Positions 8,023 to 17,688 of a stretch of 64,000 nucleotides of DNA are shown here, one piece after another. Each line of letters starts with the position of its first letter. Position 1 is the stretch's first letter. The stretch comes from an uncultured Dehalococcoidales bacterium (GTDB taxonomy: Bacteria > Chloroflexota > Dehalococcoidia > Dehalococcoidales > BS750m-G39): NCBI GenBank assembly GCA_964505425.1, contig CAZDHX010000005.1, forward strand, positions 3,726 to 67,725, in the 5' to 3' direction. The position numbers and the translations under genes are program-made. The notes beneath the pieces were generated by a model. It was not told where the DNA came from and searched no databases. It was given only the letters and a program-made list of their open reading frames with translations.

Positions 8023-9563
8023 GGGCGGGCGAGGAATGCCTTGTTGTCCTTATTCTTGTTCTCCAGGAAGTCCAGCGCCTGATTTATGACCTTCCTGGTA
8101 TCGCTGGGCATTATTATATCGTCGGTGTAGCCTCGCTCGGCACTGCAATATGGGTTCTCGTAGATTTCATCGTATTCTTGTATTCTCTTGGCTTGTGTCT
8201 CTTTCGGGTTTTCCGATTCCTTTATCTCCTTGGCGAAGATGACGCTGGCGGCAGTCTCGGCACCAACGATGGTGATGCGAGCCGTGGGCCAGGCAAAGAC
8301 AAGGTCGGCACCAATGCCCTTGTCCAGCATGCCGTAATGGGCGCCGGCGTAGGACTTGCGGAGAATGACTGAGATTAGGGGCACGGTGGCGTCAGCCCAG
8401 GCAAAGAGCATCTTGGCGCCGTGGCGCAGGATGCCCTTCCAGTCCTGCTCCGAGCCAATCATATAGCCGGGGCAGTCCTGAAGGGTGACCACCGGGATGT
8501 TGAACAGGTCGCAGAACCTGACGAACCTCGCTCCCTTGTCTGAGGCATCAACATCAATAACCCCGGCGGCCCACATTGGCTGGTTTGTCCAGATGCCAAC
8601 CGGGCGCCCGTTAAAGCGGGCAAAGCCGGTGATGACACTCTTGGCATGGTCTTTCAGTGTCTCAAGGAAATAGCCATCATCAACGATGGCTTTGATTAGC
8701 TTGTACATGTCATAGGGTTGGGTTGGGTTGTCGGGTATTATACTGTCAAGCTCGGGGCAGGTGCGGTGTGGGTCATCCTGGCACTCAATACGGGGCGGCA
8801 TCTCCCGGTTGTTTAACGGGAAGAAGGACAGGAGCTCCTTAGCCTTGTCTATGGCATCTTTGTCGTCCTCGGCGACAATATGGGTCTGTCCTGATTTAAC
8901 GGCATGAGCCTTCCACCCCGAGAGCTCCTCAAGGGAGATTTCCTCCCCGAGCTGGGTCTTAACAAAGGCCGGACCGGCAATTCCCATGAAGCCGGTATTC
9001 CGACATTGAATAAGGAAGTCCTGCATTATGGGGTGGTAAGCCTGCCCGCCAAGGCAGGGACCCATGAGCAGGGCTATCTGGGGGACTATGCCTGAAGCCA
9101 GGATTTGGGAGCGGAATAGCCAGCCGTAGGCTTCCAGGGTATCCATTCCTTCCTGGAGGCGGGCGCCGCCGGAGTCATTCATGCCGATAAGCGGCCACCC
9201 CATTTCCTTGGCCAGATTGATAGCCCGGATTTCCTTCAAGCCGTGATACTCGCCGAAAGTCCCCGCCATCGCCATAAAATCCTCGGCAAAGGCAACAACC
9301 GGTCTGCCATTGACCAGACCGTAACCGGTTACCACTCCTTCGGCGGGCACTTCTCTCTTGTCCATGCCAAAATGCACCGTTCGGTGCTTAACGAACAGCC
9401 CTATCTCGGTGAAGGTGCCGGGGTCAAATAGGTAGTCTATCCTTTCCCTGGCTGTCCACTGTCCCCTCTGGTGGCGCTTTTCAATAGTCTCGGGGGGCGC
9501 CATCTGCAATATTTTTTTTCTCTTCTTTTTATATTCCTCAATCAGCTTTTTGGTCGTTGCCAT
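7992..9563 (-). CDS. Acyl-CoA carboxylase carboxyltransferase subunit (propionyl-CoA carboxylase beta / methylmalonyl-CoA decarboxylase alpha family)
   Basis: 523 aa with two carboxyltransferase halves (GGARLQEG..., GAHYGM...), typical of the family. No biotin carboxylase or BCCP gene is in the window. Confidence 0.9.
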   Translation of the reverse strand: MATTKKLIEEYKKKRKKILQMAPPETIEKRHQRGQWTARERIDYLFDPGTFTEIGLFVKHRTVHFGMDKREVPAEGVVTGYGLVNGRPVVAFAEDFMAMAGTFGEYHGLKEIRAINLAKEMGWPLIGMNDSGGARLQEGMDTLEAYGWLFRSQILASGIVPQIALLMGPCLGGQAYHPIMQDFLIQCRNTGFMGIAGPAFVKTQLGEEISLEELSGWKAHAVKSGQTHIVAEDDKDAIDKAKELLSFFPLNNREMPPRIECQDDPHRTCPELDSIIPDNPTQPYDMYKLIKAIVDDGYFLETLKDHAKSVITGFARFNGRPVGIWTNQPMWAAGVIDVDASDKGARFVRFCDLFNIPVVTLQDCPGYMIGSEQDWKGILRHGAKMLFAWADATVPLISVILRKSYAGAHYGMLDKGIGADLVFAWPTARITIVGAETAASVIFAKEIKESENPKETQAKRIQEYDEIYENPYCSAERGYTDDIIMPSDTRKVINQALDFLENKNKDNKAFLARPWRKYSNINL

Positions 9564-9629
9564 CTAAGCCTTTCTCCTTTCGGGTTTATTATAGCATTAT
9601 TATTGCGGGGACAACAACGCCGTTGTTTC

Positions 9630-9658
9630 TTGACACTACTAGGTCAGGTTGTTAAACT
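9630..9658 (+). promoter_or_regulatory. Putative promoter of the cobO-fbp-rdgB-moaA operon
   Basis: TTGACA (9630-9635), 17-nt spacer, TAAACT (9653-9658). Confidence 0.3.
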
Positions 9659-9694
9659 TATCTTACTACAGCCAGCTCTCGCTTAGGTGTTTCA

Positions 9695-10258
9695 TTGGTT
9701 AAAGAGGTATCATTTAGTCCCTCGTCACCACAACCGCCGCGCCGGGGTCTGGTTCAGGTCTTCACCGGCGATGGTAAGGGGAAGACCTCGGCAGCCATCG
9801 GGGCCGTCGTCCGAGCCCTGGGTCACGGTCTCAGGGTCTATATTGGCTTCTTCATGAAGGGCGACCGTCCCTCCGGTGAGCGCGATATCCTCTCCCGGCT
9901 ACCGAATGTCACCATGGAGAGCTTTGGCGCTGGCGGATTTGTTGACCCGGCGAATATTAAGTCAGGGGAAAGGGAGCAGGCAAAAAGAGGCCTGGTCGCG
10001 GCTCGCAAGGCGATGCTCAGCGGCAACTATGACCTGGTGGTCCTTGACGAGCTTAACCTTGCCCTAGCCTGGAAGCTGGTTGAGCTGGATGAGGTGCTCA
10101 GGCTTATTGATGAAAAGCCCGAGGGGGTGGAACTTATCCTTACCGGTCGCCAGGCTGATAGCCAGCTGGTTAAATCGGCTGACCTAGTTACCGAGATGTT
10201 GAAGATTAAGCACCCCTACGATGAGGGGGTGAGGGCGCGGGAGGGGATTGAATATTAA
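9695..10258 (+). CDS. cobO: Cob(I)yrinic acid a,c-diamide adenosyltransferase (CobA/CobO/BtuR family)
   Basis: GLVQVFTGDGKGKTSAAIG P-loop and family-typical length. TTG start. Confidence 0.85.
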   Translation: MVKEVSFSPSSPQPPRRGLVQVFTGDGKGKTSAAIGAVVRALGHGLRVYIGFFMKGDRPSGERDILSRLPNVTMESFGAGGFVDPANIKSGEREQAKRGLVAARKAMLSGNYDLVVLDELNLALAWKLVELDEVLRLIDEKPEGVELILTGRQADSQLVKSADLVTEMLKIKHPYDEGVRAREGIEY

Positions 10259-10273
10259 CTGCAAGGAGGAATT

Positions 10274-11371
10274 ATGAAGGTCACATTAAGTGTCATCAAG
10301 GCGGATATTGGCGGTTATGTCGGGCATTCTGAGTCTCATCCTGATATTTTAGCCAGGGCGGGGGAGCTTATGGCCAAGGCTAAGAAACAGGGGTTGCTGG
10401 TTGATTTTCATGTAACCAAGTGCGGAGATGACCTGCAACTGATTATGACCCACCAGCACGGCACGGAGAATGAAAAAATCCACAAGCTTGCCTGGGATAC
10501 CTTTGTTGACTGCACCAACGTAGCCAGGGAACTGAAACTTCATGGCGCTGGGCAGGACTTACTCTCCGATGCTTTCTCGGGCAACGTCAGGGGGATGGGT
10601 CCGGGGGTAGCCGAGATGGAATTTGAGGAGCGGGGGTCTGAGCCTGTAATTGTGTTTATGGCAGATAAAACGTCATCTGGGGCGTGGAATCTGCCGCTAT
10701 ATAAGATGTTTGCCGACCCGTTTAATACCATCGGGCTGGTTATTGCCCCCAATATGCACGCCGGTTTTACCTTTGAGGTACATGACATAAAGGAACACAA
10801 GAAGATAACCTTTAACGCCCCTGAGGAGATTTACGACTTGCTTGTTTTTATCGGCGCGCCGTCACGCTATATGGTGAAGGCGGTCTACCACCAGGAGACC
10901 AAAAATATAGCCGCCGTATCCTCTACCCAGCGTCTGGCGTTAATTGCCGGACGATATGTGGGCAAGGATGACCCGGTGTGTATCGTCCGTGCCCAGGGTG
11001 AGTTCCCGGCAGTGGGTGAGGTGATGGAGCCGTTCACCCTGCCTTTGTTGGTGGAGGGGTGGATGCGGGGCTCGCATAATGGTCCCCTTATGCCGGTGTC
11101 GGTTGAGGATAGCACCCCCACCCGCTTTGACGGGCCGCCACGGGTGATAGCACTTGGTTTCCAGCTCGCCGAAGGCAGGCTGGTGGGACCCAGGGATATG
11201 TTTGCCGATAAGTCATTTGACGACGCCCGTCGGCAGGCAAATGAGGCTGCCGATTTTATGCGCCGCCACGGTCCCTTTGAGCCGCATCGCCTCCCCCTTG
11301 AGGAGATGGAATATACCACCATGCCCCAGATTTTAAAGAAGCTGGAGGGAAGGTTTAGCAAGCTTGAGTGA
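10274..11371 (+). CDS. fbp: Bifunctional fructose-1,6-bisphosphate aldolase/phosphatase (class V FBPase)
   Basis: MKVTLSVIKADIGGYVGHSESHP N-terminus and ~365-aa length, characteristic of the archaeal/deep-branching bacterial FBP A/P. Confidence 0.9.
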   Translation: MKVTLSVIKADIGGYVGHSESHPDILARAGELMAKAKKQGLLVDFHVTKCGDDLQLIMTHQHGTENEKIHKLAWDTFVDCTNVARELKLHGAGQDLLSDAFSGNVRGMGPGVAEMEFEERGSEPVIVFMADKTSSGAWNLPLYKMFADPFNTIGLVIAPNMHAGFTFEVHDIKEHKKITFNAPEEIYDLLVFIGAPSRYMVKAVYHQETKNIAAVSSTQRLALIAGRYVGKDDPVCIVRAQGEFPAVGEVMEPFTLPLLVEGWMRGSHNGPLMPVSVEDSTPTRFDGPPRVIALGFQLAEGRLVGPRDMFADKSFDDARRQANEAADFMRRHGPFEPHRLPLEEMEYTTMPQILKKLEGRFSKLE

Positions 11372-11960
11372 ACTCCTCCTGGCAACGAATAATAAAGGCA
11401 AGGTGCGTGAATATAAGCATATGCTCAAGGACTTACCCTTTGAATTGGTCTCTCCGGCGGAGGTGGGTATCAATACCGAGGTTGATGAAGTAGGGGAGAG
11501 CCTTGAGGAGAATGCCAGACTTAAGGCGACCACTTCGGCTCGGCAGAGCCGGTTGCTGACGCTGGCTGATGACTCCGGGCTTGAGGTTGATGTGCTGGGT
11601 GGTGAGCCGGGCAGGCTTTCGGCTCGTTATGCCGGTGAGGGTGCTTCCGATAGGGACAGGGTTGACTACCTCCTGTCCCGGCTCAAGGATGTGCCCGAGG
11701 AGAAGCGCTCGGCTCGCTTCCGGTGCGTTATTGCCATCGCCACCCCTGACGGCGAGGTAGAGTTTTGTTCTGGGGAATGCCCTGGTGTTATCACCCTTGA
11801 GCCGAGGGGAGAAGAGGGCTTTGGCTATGACCCCATATTCTACCTCCCTGAGCTTGGAAAGACGATGGCGGAGCTAACCCTGGAAGAAAAGAATCGGGTC
11901 AGCCACCGGGGGCGGGCGGCCAGGGAGGCAATCGAGCTGCTCAGGAGCAAATATCTATGA
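11364..11960 (+). CDS. rdgB: dITP/XTP pyrophosphatase (RdgB/HAM1 family)
   Basis: LLATNNKGKVREY, DDSGLEVD, FGYDPIF and SHRG motifs. Confidence 0.9.
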   Translation: MSELLLATNNKGKVREYKHMLKDLPFELVSPAEVGINTEVDEVGESLEENARLKATTSARQSRLLTLADDSGLEVDVLGGEPGRLSARYAGEGASDRDRVDYLLSRLKDVPEEKRSARFRCVIAIATPDGEVEFCSGECPGVITLEPRGEEGFGYDPIFYLPELGKTMAELTLEEKNRVSHRGRAAREAIELLRSKYL

Positions 11961-12940
11961 CCGGACTATCTGATTCATATCAGCGCCCGATAAACTATCT
12001 GCGCATATCGGTGACCGACCGCTGTAACCTGCGCTGTGTTTACTGTATGCCGGCGGAGGGCATCAACCTGATGTCGCATGAGGATATTCTCAGCTACGAG
12101 GAGATTTACACCGTAGCCCGGGCGGCTGCCGGGCTGGGGATAAATAAGCTCAGGCTCACCGGCGGCGAGCCCCTGGTAAGGCTGGGCTTGCCCGAGCTGG
12201 TAAAGATGCTGGCTCAGATAGAGGGCATAGATGATATTTCCCTGACGACAAACGGCGTCTTGCTCAGCCGCTATGCCGCCGAGCTGAAAGATGCCGGCTT
12301 GCGGCGAATTAACGTTAGTCTGGATACCCTTAAACCGGAGAGGTTTAAGCTGATTACCCGCCTCGGCGATAACCTTGACGAAGTGCTGGAAGGCATTGAG
12401 GTCGCCAAGAAGGTGGGGCTTGAGCCGGTCAAGCTTAATACGGTGGTCATGGCGGGCATCAACGATGATGAGCTCCTTGATTTCGCCAGTAAGACCGTCG
12501 CCGAGGGGTGGCATGTCCGCTTTATTGAGCTTATGCCCCTGGTCGGCAAGGATACTACCCCGCGTTTTGTCCCTGCAAGCGAGATGAAGCGGCGGCTTGA
12601 GCCGTTGGGGGAGCTTACCCCCTGCCTGCCCAGCGTGGGTAATGGGCCAGCCAAGTATTTCCGCCTTCCCCGGACCAAGGGCGATATCGGCTTTATTACC
12701 CCTATCAGCGAACATTTCTGCTTTCAGTGCAACCGGATGCGGCTGACGGCTGACGGCAAGCTCCGCCCCTGCCTATTAAGCGACTACGAGGTTGACCTCA
12801 AGCAGCCTTTGCGCGGCGGTATATCTTTAGGCGGGCTGAGGAAGCTGATTAAGCAGGCGGTAGCTAATAAGCCGCAGCGCCATCAGCTAGCCGAAGGTTC
12901 CGTCCCTAAACGGCGCCCGTTCTCTCAGGTTGGGGGATAA
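11957..12940 (+). CDS. moaA: GTP 3',8-cyclase (molybdenum cofactor biosynthesis protein A)
   Basis: YLRISVTDRCNLRCVYCMP radical SAM motif and C-terminal CxxCNRxRLTADG. ATGA overlap with rdgB. Confidence 0.9.
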   Translation: MTGLSDSYQRPINYLRISVTDRCNLRCVYCMPAEGINLMSHEDILSYEEIYTVARAAAGLGINKLRLTGGEPLVRLGLPELVKMLAQIEGIDDISLTTNGVLLSRYAAELKDAGLRRINVSLDTLKPERFKLITRLGDNLDEVLEGIEVAKKVGLEPVKLNTVVMAGINDDELLDFASKTVAEGWHVRFIELMPLVGKDTTPRFVPASEMKRRLEPLGELTPCLPSVGNGPAKYFRLPRTKGDIGFITPISEHFCFQCNRMRLTADGKLRPCLLSDYEVDLKQPLRGGISLGGLRKLIKQAVANKPQRHQLAEGSVPKRRPFSQVGG

Positions 12941-12943
12941 AAA

Positions 12944-13837
12944 ATGATTAAAATATACACTGACGGTGCTTACAACCCGGTTCCTGGTCAAGGGGGGTGG
13001 GGGGCGGTTATCGTTGAGGGCAAGCAGAAGCGGGTCTTCTCCGGCACGGCGCAGAAAACGACCTCTAACCGCATGGAGATTGCCGCTGCCCTTGAGGGCA
13101 TTCTCAAGACCAAGCCCGGCGCCGAGATAACCCTATATACCGATAGCCAGTACCTCTTCGGCTGCATGGCTTCGGGGTGGCAGAGAAAAGCCAACCGCGA
13201 CCTGTGGCAGCAGCTGGACAAGGCGGCCAACCAGCGTCAGGTGAGGTGGGAGTGGATTGATGAGGATTCAAGGAATGCCTTCCATAAGGAAGCCCATGAC
13301 CTGGCGAACAGTTCGGCCAGCCAGGGTGGGGCAGTGAAAAAGGGAGCCGCCAAGACCGCAGCCAAAGAATTGACCCATGTAGATGCTGCCGGTCACCCGC
13401 GCATGGTGGATATTTCGGGGAAACCTGATACCCAGCGTGAGGCGGTGGCTAAGGGGGTGGTCAGGATGCAGCCCTCAACCCTTGCCCGGCTGAAGAAGGG
13501 TATGATGGCCAAGGGGGACGTGCTGACGGCAGCCCAGCTCGCCGGCGTTATGGCTGCCAAGCAGACGCCTAGTTTAATACCCCTCTGCCACCCGATTCTT
13601 ATCGGGGATATCAAGGTTGAGTTCAGCCTTGATGAGGCAAATAGCGTGGTGGAGATTACCACCACGGTGAAGAGTTTGGGTAAGACCGGGGTGGAGATGG
13701 AGGCGCTCACCGCCACCGCCGTTACCGCCCTCACCATCTATGATATGTGCAAGGCGATAGACCGGGGTATGAGGATAGAGAATATCCGTCTGGTCAAAAA
13801 AAGTGGTGGCAAAAGCGGCACAATTAGTCTTGAGTAA
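12944..13837 (+). CDS. moaC: Fusion protein: N-terminal RNase HI-like domain plus C-terminal cyclic pyranopterin monophosphate synthase (MoaC)
   Basis: Residues 1-125 carry IYTDGA, GGWG, NRMEIAA, YTDSQY and HDLA (RNase H DEDD pattern). Residues 135-297 carry LTHVD...MVDISGK...PLCHPI...EMEALTA...YDMCKA (MoaC). Confidence 0.85.
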   Translation: MIKIYTDGAYNPVPGQGGWGAVIVEGKQKRVFSGTAQKTTSNRMEIAAALEGILKTKPGAEITLYTDSQYLFGCMASGWQRKANRDLWQQLDKAANQRQVRWEWIDEDSRNAFHKEAHDLANSSASQGGAVKKGAAKTAAKELTHVDAAGHPRMVDISGKPDTQREAVAKGVVRMQPSTLARLKKGMMAKGDVLTAAQLAGVMAAKQTPSLIPLCHPILIGDIKVEFSLDEANSVVEITTTVKSLGKTGVEMEALTATAVTALTIYDMCKAIDRGMRIENIRLVKKSGGKSGTISLE

Positions 13838-13893
13838 AGATAGTTATTGGTATATACTACCTTCACTACCACTAAACATGTTGGGGGTGTGCC

Positions 13894-15006
13894 ATGAAGC
13901 TCTCATGTCTTCAGGAGAACCTGAATCGAGGACTTGGTGTGGTGGGGAAGGCGGTGGCTACCCGAACCACCCTTCCCATAACCAATAACGTCCTCTTAGC
14001 TACTGAAAAGTCCCGCCTGAAGTTAGTTGCCACCAATCTTGAGATGGCTATCAGCTGCTGGATTGGGGCCAAGGTGGAGGAGGAGGGGGCAATCACCGTT
14101 CCCGCCCGCCTTCTAACCGAGTTTGTCAGCTCCCTCCCCAGCGAGAAGGTTGACATCGCCCTTTCCCCTCAGACCAAGACCCTGGGGCTGAAGTGTGCCC
14201 GCTTTGAGGCGCGAATCAGCGGCATTGATGCCAAGGACTTTCCACCGATACCCAAGGTGGCTGATGGTATCACTACCAAGGTTGAGGTAGAGGAACTGCG
14301 TCAGGGGATTACTCGGGTCGCCTTTGCCGCTGCCACTGAGGAGTCCCGCCCCGTGCTCACCGGCGTTGACGCCAAGTTTGAGGGTGATTCATTGACGCTG
14401 GCGGCGGCTGATGGCTTTAGGTTAGCCGTCTATAAGCTACCCCTTGCCTCCCCGGTCAGTAAAGAGACCGAGGCTATTATTCCCGCCCGCGCCCTCTCTG
14501 AGCTAAGTCGGCTTATAGCGGACGAGGAGGCGGTGGAGATAACGGTGAACCCGAGTAAGGGTCAGGCTCTATTTCGCCTGAAGAATATTGAGCTGGTTTC
14601 CCAGCTGGTTCAGGGCACCTTCCCCAATTATGCTCAGCTTATCCCCCAGGGCTACACCACCCGAGCCGTGGTCAGTGTCGGTGATTTCCTGAGGGCGACC
14701 AAGACCGCCTCCATATTTGCCCGCGACGGCAGCGGTATCGTCCGCCTGATGATAGCCCCGGGCAAGCTGGTAGTTTCCGCCCGCTCGGAGGAGATTGGCG
14801 ATGATGTTGGCGAGATTGATGCCGAGGTTGAGGGGGAGGAGGCGAAGATTGCCTTCAACGGCAAGTACCTCACCGATGTCCTGGGCGTCCTTGGTGAAGC
14901 CCAGGTAGCCCTGGAGGCTACCAACCCGTCAAGCCCTGGCGTTGTCCGCCCGGTGGGGGTGGATAACTATATCCACGTCGTCATGCCCATGTTTGTGCAG
15001 TGGTAG
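13894..15006 (+). CDS. dnaN: DNA polymerase III beta sliding clamp
   Basis: 370 aa with MKLSCLQENLNRGL, NVLL, PVLTGV, FNGKYL and VVMPM, typical of DnaN. The last 26 nt overlap the convergent serine recombinase ORF. Confidence 0.9.
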   Translation: MKLSCLQENLNRGLGVVGKAVATRTTLPITNNVLLATEKSRLKLVATNLEMAISCWIGAKVEEEGAITVPARLLTEFVSSLPSEKVDIALSPQTKTLGLKCARFEARISGIDAKDFPPIPKVADGITTKVEVEELRQGITRVAFAAATEESRPVLTGVDAKFEGDSLTLAAADGFRLAVYKLPLASPVSKETEAIIPARALSELSRLIADEEAVEITVNPSKGQALFRLKNIELVSQLVQGTFPNYAQLIPQGYTTRAVVSVGDFLRATKTASIFARDGSGIVRLMIAPGKLVVSARSEEIGDDVGEIDAEVEGEEAKIAFNGKYLTDVLGVLGEAQVALEATNPSSPGVVRPVGVDNYIHVVMPMFVQW

Positions 15007-16462
15007 GTAATTCTAGGGGAATCACGCCTTGAATCTCTACTCTCTCAGTGCTGGCATAAACTTTGATGTCTAGCGCATCCAGAGCCAGCTTTATAATCTC
15101 CGGCGTGCTATCTTGTAGGTTCTTCAATACTCGGTCATAAAGCTGACCTAACCTAATTTTGGCCTCCGCAAGGTTCGCAATATTGTCCCTAGTATTGAGA
15201 AAGTCATTCAGTTTGGCTTCATCTTCATGGCGCAGGCGTTTGAGATTATTCAAGCGGTCTAAGACTTCGTCCTTTCCAAACTCTCCCAACTCTAGAGCTT
15301 GAAGTAAATTGGTTCGACGTTGCTCATAGTTCCGCAAGTTCTTTTCTAGTTCCTTAATCTCAGCCTCTATTGCATCCAAGTTTCCAATGTCGCTTGCTTC
15401 GGCAAGTTGACTCAGTATGATTTCAGGGTTCGCTAATACCGTTTTAGTCTTACTCCAGACTATTTCTTCAAGTTCTCCAGCTCGTACGTACCGGGCTTGG
15501 CATTTCTTACTGGTATTCTCATGGGGTCTGGCACTACTGCACTGGTAATAACGGTATTTTTTATTCAGACAGTGTCCAACAAGTGGCTTTCCGCAAATCG
15601 CACAGTAGGCATGACCTGTAAGCAGGTATTCATGTTTTGGCCGTCCCATTCTTACCCTCGGCCTATTGAGCTGTTCATTGGCGGCTTGGAATATATCTTC
15701 GCTTACTATAGCTGGGGTCACGTTCGGCAATAGGGTATTCTTGAAGTAGGTATTACCGATATAGCCGGAATTGCGGACAATTCGCCTGATAGTGAGGCTA
15801 TGCCATAATTTACGCTTGCTTTCATCGTTTTTGGTGGCTTTGGTGTGCACTCCGCTCTGGTTCAGTCTACGTGCTATTGATACCAAGCTTTCCCCGATTG
15901 CTACCCGGTTGAAAATCTCTCGTACTATAACGGCTTCAACCTGGTTTACCTCACGCCTTTTTGTCTCTTTATTCCAGTCATAACCGTACATGCCGACACC
16001 GGTACCCTGGGGCATTATGCCGCCATTCAGCTTTGCACGTTTCCCTCGCATGGTGCGTTCTCGTATTTTTTCCGCTTCCAGCTTTGAGGCAAAGCCCCGA
16101 ATGTAACTAATCAACTTGCCAAGCTCTGAACTATCTACCGTCTCAGTAACAGCCTCAAGTCTGACGCTGTGCTTTTCAAGTTCCTGAGTAAGTATGACGC
16201 CGTGAGTAGGGTCACGTGATAGCCGATCCAAGCAGTAAACCACTACAATGTCAATATCCCCGATTCGTATCAATTCCCGTAGCTCGTTTAGCTTGGGACG
16301 TTCAAGTGTTAGCCCTGAGTATGCCTCAGAAAAGCGGTAGGCTACGTTATAGCCCTTATCTTGGCAATATGCAAGGCAAGCCTCAAGCTGTGTGTGTAGA
16401 CTAGTTCCTTCCTGTTCTTGGTCTTCGGTGCTTACTCTACAATAGGTAGCTGCGGTTTTCAT
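14981..16462 (-). CDS. Large serine recombinase
   Basis: YCRVSTEDQ catalytic-Ser motif, a resolvase N-domain, a recombinase domain, a Zn-ribbon (CAICGKPLVGH...YYQC) and a C-terminal coiled coil. The start is taken at ATG 16462 (ATGA overlap with the upstream small ORF, GGGGG SD) rather than the track start 16483. Confidence 0.9.
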   Translation of the reverse strand: MKTAATYCRVSTEDQEQEGTSLHTQLEACLAYCQDKGYNVAYRFSEAYSGLTLERPKLNELRELIRIGDIDIVVVYCLDRLSRDPTHGVILTQELEKHSVRLEAVTETVDSSELGKLISYIRGFASKLEAEKIRERTMRGKRAKLNGGIMPQGTGVGMYGYDWNKETKRREVNQVEAVIVREIFNRVAIGESLVSIARRLNQSGVHTKATKNDESKRKLWHSLTIRRIVRNSGYIGNTYFKNTLLPNVTPAIVSEDIFQAANEQLNRPRVRMGRPKHEYLLTGHAYCAICGKPLVGHCLNKKYRYYQCSSARPHENTSKKCQARYVRAGELEEIVWSKTKTVLANPEIILSQLAEASDIGNLDAIEAEIKELEKNLRNYEQRRTNLLQALELGEFGKDEVLDRLNNLKRLRHEDEAKLNDFLNTRDNIANLAEAKIRLGQLYDRVLKNLQDSTPEIIKLALDALDIKVYASTERVEIQGVIPLELPTTAQTWA

Positions 16463-16608
16463 TTCTTCTTTACCCCCTTCCACTTTGGCTTATTCCAGTA
16501 GGGAGACCGGCACTTAGGACAGGTCTTAGGTTCTTTTGGCTGGCGCGGTACCCAAATATGCCCGCAACGTAGGCATTTAAGTATCGGCAGTTCAAAGCTC
16601 TTGTTCAT
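16459..16608 (-). CDS. Small zinc-ribbon protein, translationally coupled to the recombinase
   Basis: MNKSFELPILKCLRCGHIWVPRQPKEPKTCPKCRSPYWNKP has two CxxC pairs. Its stop overlaps the recombinase ATG. The track start at 16644 is probably too far upstream because it overlaps the promoter. Confidence 0.55.
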   Translation of the reverse strand: MNKSFELPILKCLRCGHIWVPRQPKEPKTCPKCRSPYWNKPKWKGVKKK

Positions 16609-16614
16609 ACACTG

Positions 16615-16644
16615 ATTATATACGTATAAACATATAATTGTCAA
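16615..16644 (-). promoter_or_regulatory. Putative promoter giving a leaderless Zn-ribbon/recombinase mRNA
   Basis: On the minus strand: TTGACA (16644-16639), 18-nt spacer, TATAAT (16620-16615), then 6 nt (CAGTGT) and ATG at 16608. Confidence 0.35.
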
Positions 16645-16824
16645 TACCTCTTGAGTGATTTTTGCCTAAAATTGGGCATTGTGTATGGTATTTATAGGCG
16701 ATAACAAAGGTATCATTGTTGGTCATTCCTCACCTCTATTATTAGTTTCCACCAGAATTTGTGCCACGCCTGCTTTTGCGCCGGTGAAGCTGGCCCTAGC
16801 TTAATAACCGCTTTGACCTGTGGC

Positions 16825-17031
16825 TCAACTCTTGTCTTCCCCAACTTCAGCCTCACTACTAGGTGGGGTTAACCACCTCTCCCTCTTGGGCCAAACCGTC
16901 AACACCCTGCTGCATACCACCTTAAGCACGTCCCCGCGCCTGATCCTATGAAACCAAGTCCAAGTTTTCGGCAATGAGATGGCGAGGCTGTAGCCCAGAG
17001 CTATAATTTTTTGCATTTCCAAACTCAGCAT
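16825..17031 (-). CDS. AbrB/MazE (SpoVT-AbrB)-like small DNA-binding protein
   Basis: ALGYSLAISLPKTWTWFHRIRRGDVLKV resembles the swapped-hairpin AbrB motif (x-IPK-x...GD-x-V). GGAAGG SD lies 5 nt before the ATG. Confidence 0.45.
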   Translation of the reverse strand: MLSLEMQKIIALGYSLAISLPKTWTWFHRIRRGDVLKVVCSRVLTVWPKRERWLTPPSSEAEVGEDKS

Positions 17032-17166
17032 GCTTGCCTTCCCACGATTTTCCTGCTTATACTGGAACTATAACAGAACGATTGTGCACAAAGTCTCTAG
17101 TGGCATTACACAAATTCGCCAAACCTGAGCAGGGCAAAGCACAAACAAAGCTGTCAAGAGGGCTCG

Positions 17167-17688
17167 ATGGGAAAACGAGGCAAAAAAGTTAGCGATAAGA
17201 CAAAGAAAGAAGTCCTGAAGTTAAGCAAGCAATACGGCGTCAATTACTTGACGAGTCACTTTAACCTGAGTAAGAGCGAAATCTACAAAATTCTCAGGCA
17301 GGAGAGGGCAAAACCGGCTCATTTTGCTGAGCTTTCAGCTACTGCTCTAAAACTAGCAGAAATATTGGACTGGTATTATAAAAATCGTTGTTTAACTATT
17401 GACCCGTTAATATCATCAGACTTCCCTTATACAACGCACACGCCGGAGTCGCCGATGTTGAATGAGCGGGAGCTTTCAAATCTTATCGCTCACTTGGGCG
17501 GTGAGATACCTGAGCTGGTACCTATTGGTGAATACCCAAAAGCTTGTGAGCAGTGGTTTGCCCTCGGTGATATGAAGCGGGAGAAGCAAACACCAAGCGC
17601 TACGATTACCGGAGACCTAATCTTGAAACTTAAACTGAAGGCAAATCAAATGGACTTCATAGGTAAGTGCCCCGACTGTCCTCGCTAA
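17167..17688 (+). CDS. Hypothetical protein with N-terminal HTH-like segment
   Basis: 173-aa track ORF. The basic N-terminus (KKEVLKLSKQYGVNYLTSHFNLSKSEIYKIL) looks like an HTH, and the C-terminus ends in CPDCPR. No family recognised. Confidence 0.5.
   Translation: MGKRGKKVSDKTKKEVLKLSKQYGVNYLTSHFNLSKSEIYKILRQERAKPAHFAELSATALKLAEILDWYYKNRCLTIDPLISSDFPYTTHTPESPMLNERELSNLIAHLGGEIPELVPIGEYPKACEQWFALGDMKREKQTPSATITGDLILKLKLKANQMDFIGKCPDCPR

Noticed and set aside
10885-12715. Long antisense ORFs inside fbp, moaA and other GC-rich genes (for example 10885..11385 -, 11975..12715 -, 12271..12678 -)
   Set aside because: They are typical stop-poor antisense frames of GC-rich coding sequence. Their compositions are low-complexity (Ser/Pro/Arg-rich), and they overlap well-supported genes.
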